Below, one piece after another: positions 47,873 through 63,483 of a DNA stretch of 64,000 bases. Under the pieces are notes generated by a model. The model had not been told where the DNA came from. It was given only the letters and a program-made list of their open reading frames with translations, and did not search any database. The position numbers and the translations under genes were made by a program. The stretch is from Flaccisagitta enflata (taxonomy: Eukaryota): assembly GCA_965153355.1 (NCBI GenBank), contig OZ231126.1:11098001-11162000 (forward strand), in the 5' to 3' direction. The first letter of the stretch is position 1, and the number at the start of each line of letters is the position of its first letter.

Positions 47873-50036
47873 TTATGTTTGCATTCCTTCTGACAAAACG
47901 AAACCGTGCTGAGAAATTGAATGAATTTTAAATATATTCGTTCATACTAGCTTATTCGCAAGGTTAGTTCGTTTTTACTTTAGTCTTCAGAATAGCGGAG
48001 TTTTTGAGGCTGAGAAAGGTTCTTTTTTGTTTAAGAAGTTTTTGGCGAGCATGATTAAAAAAACTGCAATATGCAAATGAGGTTTTTATCCACTGAGACT
48101 AGAAATGATATAGTAGAGATTCGAGAAATGTGCAATTCCCTGCGCAAGTGTTGCCACGGGATTTTTTCTCTGGTTTCTCTCTTCCTTCCTTCCTTCCTTC
48201 CTTATCCTAGCTTAGTATGTATGTTTGTTTGTTTGTATGTCATATTAATTACCTTTAAAGCCCAGAGGCTAGTCGCTCTTTTCGTTTCATCGGGAAATTT
48301 ATCATCAGTGACTCCAACTTCATCTCCATACGTGGTTGCAAGGCTCGCCTTTTGTGATGATCGACTCTAAGGGAACAGAATGTCGATTATAGATATTTTT
48401 ACCGCTTTTGAGCATACGTAACTAACACCCCTCTCAAAATTAGGCGAACTGGGATCAGAACAAGTCTGAAAATGCTTCATGAATTCTTTATTAGGAGTCT
48501 GAGTGTTAAGGTAACTTTGAAATATGTAATTTCCAGCAGGCTTATACAAAAATTGTCCAAAAAATGTCAACCAATGGCTTCTAATTTCTTCTTTCGATTG
48601 ATATCATACTACTGTATTTTTGATGAAAGTTCAAAATTGACCGGTGAAACCAACCTATTTGTCAATGAATTCAGGCACTTTGCGGAGCTGTTTCTTATTC
48701 CCAATGCATCGTCGTTGCTTGGTAGTTATCTAACAACTCGGGAATGGCAGTTTTTACCCCACTCATATGGGAAAAAATAAGGAAGTTTGTGCAGTCTCCT
48801 CATAAGAAGATTTCTTGTCAAAATCTTTTACCACATTTTTGACATAGCACACATCTAGGGCCACACACTAGTGTGAATGGTCTATTTGGCCTCGGTTTGC
48901 AAAAATACTATGTTTTAGCTTTCTCTATGTCAAATTTCAGCCCTCTCAGTGCATTTTTACTCTCAATTTTAATCAGTTTTCCAGTTCGTTTAATTTTGAG
49001 AGAGGTGTTATATGGCCGGTCATGTCCATCCCTCAGTCCATTTGTTGGACGGTTGGTCAGTCACGCTTTAATGAAAACCGCAAAAGAGATCAAATTATTC
49101 ACCGTTCTAAGATTCAAAATAATAATCATTCATTCATTCATTCATTCATTCATTCATTCATTCATTCATTCATTCATTCATTCATTCATGCATTCATCTT
49201 TGATTTAACTTTCGTTCGGTACCCCCTGTGACATTTCTAAATAGGCAATGATGATAGGTTTTAAAATGAACGAGACCTGATCCTGGGCGATGTATTTGGG
49301 CGTCCTCCATAAATGTTCGGCCTCGACACTGTCAACAGCATCAACTTGGCAGAACGAACCCCCGATTCGATCCAAGGATTCAGATTCACAATCTGCAGGT
49401 CAAATTGGTGGAATGAACAATCAATCATGTCGTAATCATCACAATCACCTCATCTTTATCAGAATATTGATAATGTTAAGATCATCATTATAGATAACAA
49501 TTGATAACTTTTTGCTGTATTTTAGGAGTAATTTATCGATGTAAAAGAAACAAACAATAGTATTTGTTCTCGCTATTGGGTTCTAATGTTCTATCAGTTG
49601 TAAATTTAATCGAAACATCTCACAGGGTGGTGCATCCATGTTTTCCGTCTGTATCTGATTTGAGTATGTTGTTACGCTGAGTCCTCTATTGATGTCCCTC
49701 TCAGACGAATCGCAAAGGACGGCATTTTCCTCCTCAAATGGATTTGAAAGGATTGATGTTCATTTTGATTTTTTACGAGATTCCATTTGCCTGGGTGTGG
49801 GTATTAGAGACACTCGCGACACAGACCGATCGACAGAGAGACTGCAAACGAATACATGCAATTTAAATAGACATACCTGAACAATTGCGATATTTTGACT
49901 CGCTTTCTGTAGAAAATTAACTCGTCTTTGAGAGACCATTATCAGATTCTCGGGACTCTCAGCATTTGAAATCTGTCGAAGACAAAAATCACATACATTA
50001 TGTATATCAAAATCAACACTGGGATCAAAATGAATG

Positions 50037-50141
<105 letters not shown>

Positions 50142-50233
50142 CCATCCAGACGCACCTTCATATGAGCAAATATTCAAACTCGCACAAACAGGCTCACGAT
50201 TATAAAGAAATAAAAACAAGAATCACAATAACA

Positions 50234-50778
50234 CTAAAACAAAACACTTGACTTGATAACCGCCAAGTTAGCGCCGGACGCGTTGCACAAAAGCGCAATC
50301 ATCTTCATCTTTGTCGTTTTCAATGTTGTGGACACGTCAGGATCGTCTCCCACCACGTCACCACCTCCACCACCTCTGCAACTAGGCGCCACCTCCGTCG
50401 CTTCCGCTTCTTCGGGCGCGATCTTCGTCGGTCGTTTCTTTAGTTTTTCACGCCGAAAAAACACGACGACGACGACGAGAATGACGACGACGCCAACCAC
50501 GAGCAGCCACAACAAATGAAGAGGAGAGAAAGTTTTCGTCGTCGTCGATCGGATTACGACGACCCCGTCATCCTCCATTTGTTTCTAATGAACGCATTTG
50601 AAAGGACAGATAGAGACAAAGAAAGACAACTGTAATCTACTGACTTACTACAGTTCAAATTGACTCATGTCTCCGCGCGCTCCCCCAGCACCGCCCACTC
50701 CTCCTCAACTGTCACTTACCTCTCCCACCTCCTCGGCTGAATGTACTTCGCCACTAAAACCACTCCATCAATTTTGAC

Positions 50779-50835
<57 letters not shown>

Positions 50836-51231
50836 AAGAGAGTTCTTAGCAGGAAACACAAGGCACACGCAATGGCCATTCTCAAATCCCTTAATGACAA
50901 TAACCAGAAAACGGACAGACGTACCTCGAAGCGTAATCCGTTCTTTCTTCCGTCTGCCAAGTCGACTTTTTTCCCTTTCTCGACATTTATCCCATTCATT
51001 TCATCCTCAGGTGTTTTTGCCGATTCTCCTTTGTAAGAATCAAAAAATTCCCTCGTCGATGATGTCACTTCCGCATCATCTGACGACGACGACGACGACG
51101 AATCGCTGCTCATTTGTTTCTTCGTTTCATCAGCGTTGTGGAGGACTTCAATATTGGATTGAGAAGTAGTCGACGACGACGCCATCTGAGGAGATTCACT
51201 AGCATCCTCTACGTCTTCCATGGTCGATGAA

Positions 51232-51281
<50 letters not shown>

Positions 51282-51584
51282 CACCGTGGACGGGATGCAA
51301 TCATCTTCATCAGAACCTCCATCCAAGCAATCATCTTTGCCATCGCAAACGAGATGTCGTTGAATGCAAATTTGATGAGCTCGACACCAAAAATTGAAGG
51401 TAGTAAAATTCTGCGTCTTTTTCGTCAGAGACTCGGATGAAACGTGATCGGATGTAGTTGAGAGAAGACTTGGGGACGAAGAATGCTGGGATACAGTGGA
51501 CGATTTTGACGGAAGACCTGGGGTCGATACGCTCACGTCGTTTGGCGGTTTTTCTGATGGGTTTGACGTAATGGCGTCCTCCGT

Positions 51585-51644
<60 letters not shown>

Positions 51645-51651
51645 CGATGAC

Positions 51652-51696
<45 letters not shown>

Positions 51697-52310
51697 GTAG
51701 AAGTCGGTGACGGAGATAAAAAGACTTTGGTTTCTGCCATATCCTTCCAAATCCTCTTTGCAACCTCCATACCTTGTTGCATCATTTGCAAATCTTCAGA
51801 TGAATCCTTTGTAGTCTTGCAGTGCGGGAAAGGAAAGAAGAAACGCAAATTTCGATTGCACATTGCAACATCATTCTACGGTCTAAACAGACTAAAATTA
51901 AAGACATGCATGGCGAACACTGCACTGATCGTAACGGATAAAATCTCCCTAGTGCAATATCATATTATCACCCCAAACGAACTCACCACGTTCATATATA
52001 TGAGATCTCCATGATCCTCCGAAGCCGTGGCATTTGCCGTGATTGTAACTTGTCCCTGATCCAGATCGGAGTCACTGTTGCCCTCATCCAACTCTCCATC
52101 CTTCGGGTCTCGTTCGGAGACGCAGACTTTTTCTGAGGCTGATTTCTCTTGCGCAAAAGCCGTAACGCGTACGGCCAAATTGACCGGGACATCTTTGAAA
52201 ACGACGTACTGAAGGACCAGGAAGTGACGGGAAGTGGTTCGATATGTCGCATTTCTCACTCTGGTGGATGTAATTTTGTGAGTGACAAATACAGATTGAT
52301 GACCAAAGAA
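50234..52310 (-). CDS. Exons of an LDL-receptor class A repeat-containing single-pass membrane protein (possibly pseudogenised)
   Basis: FWCRAHQICIQRHLVCDGKDDCLDGGSDEDDC at 51297-51392 with S/T-rich flanks and a donor after 50925. Downstream exon LLWLLVVGVVVILVVVVVFFRREKLKKR (TM + basic stop-transfer). The upstream segment is weakly CUB-like. Confidence 0.55.
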
Positions 52311-52539
52311 GCTGCTTTGTCATACACGGACGGACCAACATGGTTTATCGGTAACGTCACTTGGTATGAGGAGCTAAAACAGTTTTTTTTTTCTATTTTT
52401 TGGTCTCTCAAATTCAAGAAAAAGAAAATAACTTCATATTTTCTTCAAAATCTTGTAGACTATCAGATGAACGCATGTATACGACTGTGACAATGAGACA
52501 AACCATGAAACTGACACTAAGGAGTTAGGAGTGATAATA

Positions 52540-53192
52540 AACAAGGCCGGATACACGGGCCAAGACGGTGCGCCGAGCGTTATTAATTCATAGCTATCCC
52601 TAGCTCTATCAGACCTATCCCTAGCTCTATCAGACCTATCCCTAGCTCTATCAGACCATTCCTAGCTCTATCAGACCATTCCTAGCTCTATCAGACCTAT
52701 CCCGCCGGGCGTTATTAATCCACAGCTATCCCTAGCTCCATCAGACCTATCCCTAGCTCTATCAGACCTATCCCTAGCTCTATCAGACCATTCCTAGCTC
52801 TATCAGACCATTCCTAGCTCTTTCAGACCTATCCCGCCGGGCGTTATTAATCCACAGCTATCCCTAGCTCTATCAGACCATTCCTAGCTCTATAAGACCT
52901 ATTCCGAGCTCTATCAGGCCTCTCCCGAGCTCTATCAGACCTTTCCCGAGCTCTATCAGACCTATCCCGAGCTCTATCAGACCTATCCTAAGACCTATCC
53001 GACCTTTCACCAGACCTATCTGACCTATCCCCAGCTCTATAAGACCTAACCGTAGCTGATTATATTAGTGAATGAAATGACGAGTCCTCTATTGATTTCA
53101 AACATTTTTAGCGATTTTTCTTTCAAGCGGGACCGACGGATGGATGGACGGACGGACAGAGCTTCTTATAGAGATGCTATGGCGCTTCTAAA
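52540..53192 (-). mobile_element. HINE-like element carrying a ~21-bp minisatellite (CCCTAGCTCTATCAGACCTAT)n
   Basis: AACAAGGCCGGATACACGG start, array at 52590-53050, GACG microsatellite and AGATGCTATGGCGCTTCTAAAA end. Confidence 0.65.
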
Positions 53193-53732
53193 AATCATTC
53201 TAGCATAATTCTGAATCATTTCCAGTGATTTTTGCTTCTTTTTTAGATTTTCAACTCGAGCGTGACGTGACCGACCAACCGACAGACAGAGCCTCTTATA
53301 GAGGTGCTATGGCGCACCTAAAAACTTCCCACTCACTCATTTTCGCATTTGGGATATTCGGCTCGAATATCCATGAAATTGTCGTGGCCTTGGCCAAAGC
53401 AGAGAAACGGATCCGAGCCACTTTCTAGGTCTGGAATTAAGGACAGGGATTCTATTATCATCTTTTGAAATTTTCTATCATGAATATCAATTCTCACTGC
53501 TTTAATCGATTCTATCATTCACTAGTCCAGTGGCCTGTAGAGGCCTATATACCCTATACAATTTATAGGGGCCCGGGCCTCGGGGGGTCCCGGAGGGCCC
53601 CTTAATTGTCATAGAATTTAAGAGGAGAGAAAGGAGGGAAAGATGAAAAGAAAACAAAAAAAAAAAACAACCCTTGAGGGAATATGTGCAAAACCGGGCC
53701 CTCAGTTAATAATTCAAAGTATACTGCTGTTA

Positions 53733-54309
53733 CTATCTTGGAAAAAAAAATTGTTCACCAAACATTATAAGTGTATCTATATAACAGTAAAATGAATATT
53801 ATTCAATTTCAAATCATTTGATATTTGAATCAACTCTTTTAGAGTGGATGATGGTCTGTTTTTGTCCAGAAAGCGATTTTTGAGCTTCTTGAGGTAATCT
53901 GGAGTAATGGTGTTCAAGATTTTTGAAGCAATAAGAAACTTCTCTATTTTTTATGTTCAACTAACCATATCTTTTTTACGGCTGAACCAATCTTGTTGCA
54001 GCAAAAAAAAAAAGATGCGTCTTGAAAAAATTTACATTTTGGTTACCAATATTTTGTTATTCATCAAGAAATAAAAGGTTATGGCAGTTTGAATGAAAAG
54101 ATTGCATGACAAAAAATTCAAATATGAAACATCCAGAAAGAAGAATTTCATTCAAATTGAGATAACTTCTAAACCCATTGAGATAGCAAGATGCGGTTTG
54201 CGTAGATGGCTTGCAAACACAAAGGGCTTCATTTATCTCAGATAGATATCTTTAGTTTTTTTTGGAGATGTACAGTTTAATGTAATGAACAATTTTTTTT
54301 CCAAGATAG
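53733..54309. mobile_element. CTATC-ended MITE, TA TSD
   Basis: ta|CTATCTTGGAAAAAAAAATTGTTC ... GAACAATTTTTTTTCCAAGATAG|ta. Confidence 0.85.
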
Positions 54310-54412
54310 TACTATTCAACTTTTGTTTTCTCAAAGTGCTTAGTTTAACGCTTAAAAAGATTTTCTTCTTCAGTTTGAATGTGTAGAGACTGAAACGAAA
54401 TCTGTAAAAAAC

Positions 54413-55903
<1,491 letters not shown>

Positions 55904-56439
55904 TAAAAAACAGCATGCGATATCATTTGTGCCAGCAGTCATGCTGGAAATGGAGGGCGGCCCGGATTTTTTGATTGTATGAGGGCCCTAAATTCCTTTA
56001 CAGGCCCCTGCACTAGTCACTCAACGACGACCAGCAAAGAGGATCCAAATTTCTGATACCTTTTGGATGGTATTTTGAGGAACAGAGATAGAGTAGATTT
56101 GGACACGGATGAGAATAGGATTCGATGGAAAGCAGCAAAGACGTCGCCGGAGGAGCCGGGGAAAACACGATGGAACAATAAGTCAAATCGCGCCCAGATC
56201 TACGGGATGCATCAGCAGGCTGTAGGACCTGGAATGAGAGAGAGAGAGAGAGAGAGAGAGCGCGAAAGGGAGAGAGAGCGAGAGAGGCAACGGACTGACA
56301 GAGAGAGACAGACAGACAGACACTGCAGCAGAAAGGGCCGGAGAAAGACAGGAAGAGAGTGAAATTGAAACAGCGATAGGTGGACGGACAATTAACAAAC
56401 AAACAATTAAACAAACACAGGGTCAATAAATGGGACATA

Positions 56440-57046
56440 CCGGGTCATCAGCCTGAGATGCCGGATTCTGTTAAGCTTTTACTCAGAGATGTCACATATC
56501 TTGGATTTCTTACTGATTGTCTCTGAAAGAGCATAGATTGACGTTTTTTGTATCAAAATTTCATTGAAATCGGTGAAGTAGTTTAGATTTTACAAGTCTT
56601 TGAAGTACAAACTAAATTTCTCTCAATGGTTAAATTTTCAATGAAAATTGTGAAAGAGAGACTTTTCAAATTTCTCTCTTTTTTGAACAGTTTGAGCTGG
56701 TAACATGTCAATGGTCTAGTATGAAAAAAAATTTGATGTATGTATTTGTCAAATCATCTTTTATTTAGGACTAATCTTGTTTCTCTGGCTCAAAATATTG
56801 ATAATAATGAGAGAATGGGGAAAAACACTGTTCCTCCAATTTCCCATCAACAAACAGAAGTGGCTGAAAGGAAGTTTTTTACTTAAATTCATGTAAAATC
56901 TGAACTACTCGACCAATTTTGATAAAATTTTGACACAAAGAATGTCAATCCATACTCTTTAAGAGACAATCCGTGAGAAATCCGTGATATGTTGCACCTC
57001 AGAGTAAAAGCTTAACACTACCCGACATCTCTGGCTGATGACCCGG
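56440..57046. mobile_element. Tc1/mariner-type MITE
   Basis: ta|CCGGGTCATCAGCC ... GGCTGATGACCCGG|ta, with ~150-bp imperfect arms. Confidence 0.88.
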
Positions 57047-57542
57047 TAATTGAATACCATGATATGAATGCAAAGTCTACATGAGCGAATATTCGGGCCA
57101 ATTCTGTCTTACTAAAGCAAAATCATTTTTTGCCTGATAGCTACGATCTTGTCTCGAGGTCGGATCTTCATCCTTGGACGCGATGATTATGTGAGAGCTC
57201 GTGATATTCTCGTGATTGTAGATGTACCCTGGAAAATAACAAGGCCATGTAGGTCAGTATATGCGCCGGATGGATCGTCAAAGGTTTTCGTGACCAATTA
57301 ACCGACCGAAAAACTAACCGACGGACATCGCCGGTTATAAAGGTGCGTTGGCGAAACTCAAAGTTTTTCTTTTTTTCTTTTTTGATCCAAGATAAAATTT
57401 CACAAGCATTAGTTTGATTATTCATTGATTTAGTCCATCTCTCATTCATCCATTGCGTTTTCAAAAATCATTCATTGAATTTGAATATTCAGTGATAGAA
57501 TTTAATAAATTAATCAATACGTAAATCAATTCCTTCCTCCAT

Positions 57543-57799
57543 TCACTGAACGATGCCTGGAGTTTCATCGGAGCAAACGTGTCTTGAGGTCTTGCTGACG
57601 TAATCTTCGTAATCGTCTCCTTCGAGAGAATCTGCTTCCGGTCTCACCTTTTCGGGGATCAAATAATGAATAGCCTCGACGCCGAAACTCACAATCGCCA
57701 GAAGCATAAACGTTATCTGAAATACAAATCACGCGCGTGGTCGGAATTGAGTCATCGACGTCCGCGTCCGCGTACGTCCGTCTATTTCTCCCTCCCTCC

Positions 57800-57889
<90 letters not shown>

Positions 57890-57993
57890 ACCTTAGCATT
57901 CCTAGCAATCATGACTGCTATTGCAGTTGCGATCGACGGCAAATTCACTAAAAAATTCGTAACAATGGTTATATCAAATATCCCATTGCCTTT
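57543..57993 (-). CDS. Last two exons of a putative multi-pass membrane protein
   Basis: ...[29 protein letters not shown], then a GT-AG intron 57717-57891 in phase 0, then [23 protein letters not shown]...GIVQ*. Confidence 0.45.
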
Positions 57994-58177
57994 CTATTTG
58001 TTAAAAATGTCTACATACTTATTTAAGGGAGAGATCGCTCTGAATACCCTCGTCCACAGCATGAAGCAAGCTTGATGATTTATTATTATTTTGTTAAAAA
58101 CGAGCATGTATACATAGATTAAAACAAGAGAGAGGGAAGGAAAAAGAGAGGGAGAAAGAGAGAGTGTATCCAGTTTA

Positions 58178-58763
58178 ACAGGGTGAGCAAAAAATTTCGT
58201 ACTTGGTATATAGCTTGAAAACCATACTTGTGATGAGAGTTATGAGCTAAAATTTAAACCAGAGTATCTCAGTAAGTCATACTAAAAGTAGAAACTAAGA
58301 ACAGCAGATGTAATTTCCATACATGACCATGACATGTACTTAAGAAAAAACAGAAAATCAGATTTTGACATGATTTCATTTTGCAAAGCTGTGTTTATTC
58401 AAAAATGAAGGTTTTTGCAACTTTATTGGCCCCTAGATGGATTGTTTGAGAATAAATGTATAAAGGGAAGTTAATTAGGTCATCTAGGAGGGGTTTCAGC
58501 CAATAAAAGTGATATATCAATCAAATTTAGACAAAAGATAAATGTTTTTTTACAAAAATAAAGAAATCTTTTGTGACTTTCTACTTACACCCTGTTGGTC
58601 AAAGAACGTAGTCTGCTGTCTACCATTTATCATTTTTCCTTATCTAAATTATGAAAAATAACCTAGTTTTTAATTCTGAACATTAACACAAAGGAATTTC
58701 TCCAAATCTAGCTGTCTTTGCTACAAATGTGATGGCTAGTACGAGATTTTTTGCACACCCTGT
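58178..58763. mobile_element. Tc1/mariner-type MITE
   Basis: ta|ACAGGGTGAGCAAAAAATTTCGTAC ... GTACGAGATTTTTTGCACACCCTGT|ta. Confidence 0.8.
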
Positions 58764-61101
58764 TACAGGCTGTGGACTGTCTTAGAAATAAAGTGGACAA
58801 GTAAGCAATTATCCATTTTATAACTAAGGCGGGGTTAGGCCCCATCCCCCTTACCCAGATACACAGATTAAGATGGAGAAAAAGTAGAATTTCAGAGAAA
58901 AAGAGAGGTTAAAGGGGGCTTAATTAGTCAGAAGAGAGGACCTTGGTCACATTGGCGCATGCAGCATGGTTTGTGATACTATAAGCAATTTGGGGCCTTT
59001 GCCTGTAAGTGAACCCATGAAGGCATATTATATAAAACAAGTTTTTTTTTTATATCATTCCTTCCAATGTTATTTTTCAGGAATCTTTAAGCAGACGATT
59101 GCAGTTGGATAGATGCGATATGGCCCAGAAAAGAAACTTTTGCCCAATCTACGTTATTCAAAAAATCAACTTAATGATTTACAGACACATAATCTTATAT
59201 AAATGATATACACATGCTTAGCCATAATATCATCTTCATTTTCTAAGCCCAGATTTGAATTTCATCAGGTTAAAAAGTAGTCAAGCATACTAAAATGAAT
59301 GATTTGAAGCCACAAATTGAAGTATCTAGATTTGAGCTGGAGTATCTAGATTTTCTTCCCAAAAGTATCTAGATTAATATCTAGTATCCAGATAACTTTT
59401 CTTATATCTAGGCACCCCTCTAGAGTATCCAGATCTGGATACTAAGTATCTAGTGTGGCGACCGAGGAGCTCACCGAGCTCCCGCCCAAATACCAGAGCG
59501 ACTTTCTTCACTGCCCCAGCCCACCTGCACGCGACTAAGGTAGCCGTGTATCCGGCCTTGTTTACTTCTTGTACACCCTAAACATTATCGGGAAAAAAGT
59601 CGAAGTCAGTCTTTGACTTTTTGACATATTTGAGAGAAACAGGGTTTTCATTTTCTTATACGGAAGTTGAGTGTCTCGATCGACCGAATGAGCCCTCAAA
59701 CAAAATTGATAGGGTAAGTAAATATGATAATTCTCTTTCATTTGGCGCCAAGCAGAATGCTCTACGACAAATACTTTTTGCGTTATGATTTTTTAAAGAT
59801 TTATTTACAAAAATTGCAAATTGAATTTTTTTCGATTTTTTATGATTTTAAGTACGATCAATAAAAGAGTGTATTTATGTTTGTTTGAGCATGTAAATAC
59901 AAGAAAACATGTTTATGAGCATAGCTGCTCATCTGTGAGGGTGTTTTTGAGCAGTCTAGCTCATTTAGCTCATTTAGCTCATTTTGCTCCGTCTTTTTTC
60001 TGATCTCAAATGTGTGACATTCTGCACATTCCCCACCATATTCAGGTTACGAAGCCTTCGAGCGCGCGCAGACGAGTCCCCGGATCCCGGAGGAGTGGAG
60101 AGGATCTCTCGCCGTCGAAATCCAAGATGGCGTCCGTTCGGCAGTCGAGTGGAGGAAATCGAGGCATCCGAGAGAGAATCTTCGTCTCGACGGAGGAAGA
60201 GGAGGCGCGCGAGCGGAAGTGCTGACTTCCGGTCTGGGCGGGAAATAGACATTGCGCCCAAACGGCTTGGAGCAGAATCAACTTCGACCCCTCTAAAGAA
60301 TTCCCACGACGCAGAGCTTGCGATTATTGTCCTTTCATTGCTGCCAAATGATTTCAAATCTCGTGATACTTTGATTTATAGTATTATTTATTTATAGGTT
60401 AAGTGAATTGGCTTCCCCGACTCTTTTACTGACATTGACAAAACAATTTCAAACAGAGACTCGATTTCCGATGCTTTTTCCTTTGACTTCCCTGTCCTGC
60501 GCCCTAGTTTGGAAACCATTCGACAACATCCGTGTAAGTCCTTGACCTTTATCCCTGTTTGGCGCATTTACAGTAGTATCCATCATGGTGTCACAGAGTA
60601 TGTATCTTAACCCTTTTCTTTTCTCTGTCCATCAGGATTCCACAAATAGACTGATTTCGCGGACAACTTGACCGCTCATCTCAACCATTCGTTCTAAGCG
60701 GGTGTTCGTTCCAACTCGATAGCGCAGCTCGGCAGTGGAGTCAGTTCTCGCAATTACGCAACAGGAGCTTGATAGGAAATTAGACGCTAAAGACTCTCAA
60801 AATGCAATAAATGAATAAATATTTTGATACATTTTTAAGCAAGCAGACACAAACAAGGCCGGATACAGCTGCACAACAACTTCACACATCCACGGATCAT
60901 TGGCGGATCATTGCGCCACCAGACATCTGCTGCCGTCACAGTAAAACAACGAATGTGATAGTCATGTAAACTTGAGTGACCTTATCAAACTCTTTTTAAG
61001 GCAGCCAGACAAAAAGAACAAATACGTTTGATGGTTAAACTTTAATTTATTTTTATTTTCCTCTTTTTTCATTTATTTTCTTTTTTTTTTTTAAAGAAAT
61101 A

Positions 61102-61260
61102 TCAATTCTTTTTGGCGGACGCGATGGTCCTTCCCAACTCGGCGAACTCATTTTCGAGCCGCTTCGCCTCTTCCGGGTTTTGGCGATATGCCTTTTCCTT
61201 TTGTTGGATGGCGGTCGTCGTTCCCGCTCCATCTCGGTAATTGAGATTCTTCCATTTTTG
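61102..61260 (-). CDS. Putative terminal coding exon (unassigned)
   Basis: TTTTTTTTCATAG acceptor, then QKWKNLNYRDGAGTTTAIQQKEKAYRQNPEEAKRLENEFAELGRTIASAKKN*. Confidence 0.4.
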   Translation of the reverse strand, partial: QKWKNLNYRDGAGTTTAIQQKEKAYRQNPEEAKRLENEFAELGRTIASAKKN

Positions 61261-62099
61261 CTATGAAAAAAAAAGATGTGTAACTGATCCTCTTCATTGA
61301 TCTACAATGTCTAGTCAAGTCAAATTATGGCCCATATAGGCGTCTTCTTGAAAAGAATGAATGAATGAAGGAATGAATGAATGAATGAATGAAGGAATGA
61401 ATGAATGAATGAATGAATGAAGGAAGGAATAAATGAATGAATAAATGAATGATTTTATGAATGAACGAGAGAGAGAGAGAGAGAGATGTTTTATTTCGCC
61501 GTACGGCCCTAAATCTCTGACATCGTTTTACCAATATGACGTCTTTGTCAAACGCCTTTCGTCCGGGTTCCATCTTCCCGTTCAGAGCGGCTGCAAGCGC
61601 CGTCGCGATGGCCTCTTGCGCCCCTTCCGTCAACTGGCGACGCTCCATTTCCTTCTTGGCGTCCACGACCGCCTTCTCTTCCCACCACTTAAACCAAACT
61701 CTCGAAGATGGCTTTAACGCTGTTATGAAGTGATAGCAAGTAAATTGTATAAGTATCCAGACATCCGATGATTTCCAAAGTTGCGTGATATTTCGTCTGC
61801 AGCAAATGACCTGCCTAATTGAAATACGGTAAAATACTCATCGCTTTCTCATGCGATTCTACATGCTACAATTCCCGCAAAAATCACCCTCGAATGAACT
61901 GCGTTCGCCCCGCACCATAAAAAAAGCTTCGTGAGACCAAATTCCAAATACACTTCCAATGAAGAAACGCTTCTTTAAGCGTGAGGATGTGAGGGTTGGA
62001 TGCCCCTGCCCAATCGTCCGCGACAATATTGTGACCCCCGTCACTTGTTTCTTTTCTGTCTCCCAGTCTCTCTTTCTTTTAATCCTTCCTCTTCTCTTT

Positions 62100-62233
62100 T
62101 TAGGTGCGACAAAGCACCTCTATAACTGGCTGTGTCCGTTGGTCATTCGGTTGGTTGGTCGGTCGCTCGGTCGGGTAACGCATTCGTTCGACGATCCACA
62201 CGTCGCACCTTATTGGCCTACTTGGCCTTGTTT
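62100..62233 (+). mobile_element. HINE-like element, family D
   Basis: Near copy of 47754-47872. Confidence 0.75.
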
Positions 62234-62610
62234 CCTTTATTCCTTTGTTTATTTTGATTTCAAATCTATAAATATTTGTCTTTCCTTAATTCTTTGTTCC
62301 TTCTCATATGGACCAAACAGACGCATACTAGCTCAGATTGCAGATTGCAGATTGCTTTACCGAGTTTGAGCTGGGGGAATTTAGCCAACCAGAACAGTTT
62401 TTTTATACAAATTAATAAAAAAAATGCCTGACACACGGGAGAAAAACAATACTTTGTTGTTTTTTGTTGTGTATGAAGTAAGCGCTTTATGGACCAAAAC
62501 AGATGTTGACAGGTAAATTCATTTTTTTCCGTACACGCGGCTTAGTTTGTTGGGCTTTCTATAGACTGAAACTTATTTAAGCATTCTACAAGCTCTGCTA
62601 ACCTCAATAA

Positions 62611-62845
62611 GTGACGCAGGGTCGCGGACGGGTGGGCAGGCGCATCCGGCATCCAACACCCAGTCTCACCCCAATTCCACCTTCCAACCCCCCTACACAC
62701 ACATACACACACGATTACAACTGCAGCATCATAAATGCGCGTTTTCGCGTTTTCAACACGAGCGTGACGGACCAATCAATGGACCAATGGACAGACAATT
62801 GGAATGACAAAATCCCTCATAGAGTTGCTAGTCTGCAACTTAAAA
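62611..62845 (-). mobile_element. Degenerate HINE-like element
   Basis: GCGGACGGGTGGGCAGG ... AGTTGCTAGTCTGCAACT. Further partial copies lie at ~63460-63770 and from 63819. Confidence 0.55.
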
Positions 62846-63434
62846 AAGTAATATTGATAATTTCAATTAATAAGCAATCTGAGTCCAGACTTGATGCGCT
62901 CGGCGCGAGGTCAATGTTAGTAACCAGAATTCATAAGATGCTTAGGAGACAATAAGATTCAGATGAAAGGAATATGGTCAACGATTCTAGCTTTCAGGTT
63001 TGTTTTGATCGGGGGCCGGAAAACCAATTGCTCTTTCGTCGATATGACTATACCTTCATTTCTTTTCTTTCCTTCTTTCTTCTTTTCTTTCTCTCTCTTT
63101 CTCTTTGTTTCTTTCTTCATTTGTTTTCTTTGTTTGTTTCTTTGTTTGATTCTTTCTTTTCTTCTTTATTTCTTTCTTTCTCTCCTTTTCCTTTCTTAAT
63201 TTCTTTTTCCTTTCTTTCTTTCTTTTACCTTTCTTGCGTTCATTTTCCTTTTCTTTCTTTTTTCCTTATCTTTCTTTTTCCTCCGTCGCTTTCGTTCATT
63301 TTCCTTTCTTCCTTTCTTCCTTTTAATCTTTTTCCTTTAATCTTTCTTTCAATCTTTCATTCAAAAGATAGATTTTTTTATATTCCAGTCTGGCTCTCAG
63401 TTTCTCCCTTGTCTCTGTCTCTGTCTCTTTCTCT

Positions 63435-63483
<49 letters not shown>

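Noticed and set aside
57990-60760. Reassigned stop codons (several in-frame stops in exon-like pieces)
   Set aside because: Stops of all three types occur only in decayed sequence, alongside frameshifts. The long intact LINE ORFs translate cleanly under the standard code.
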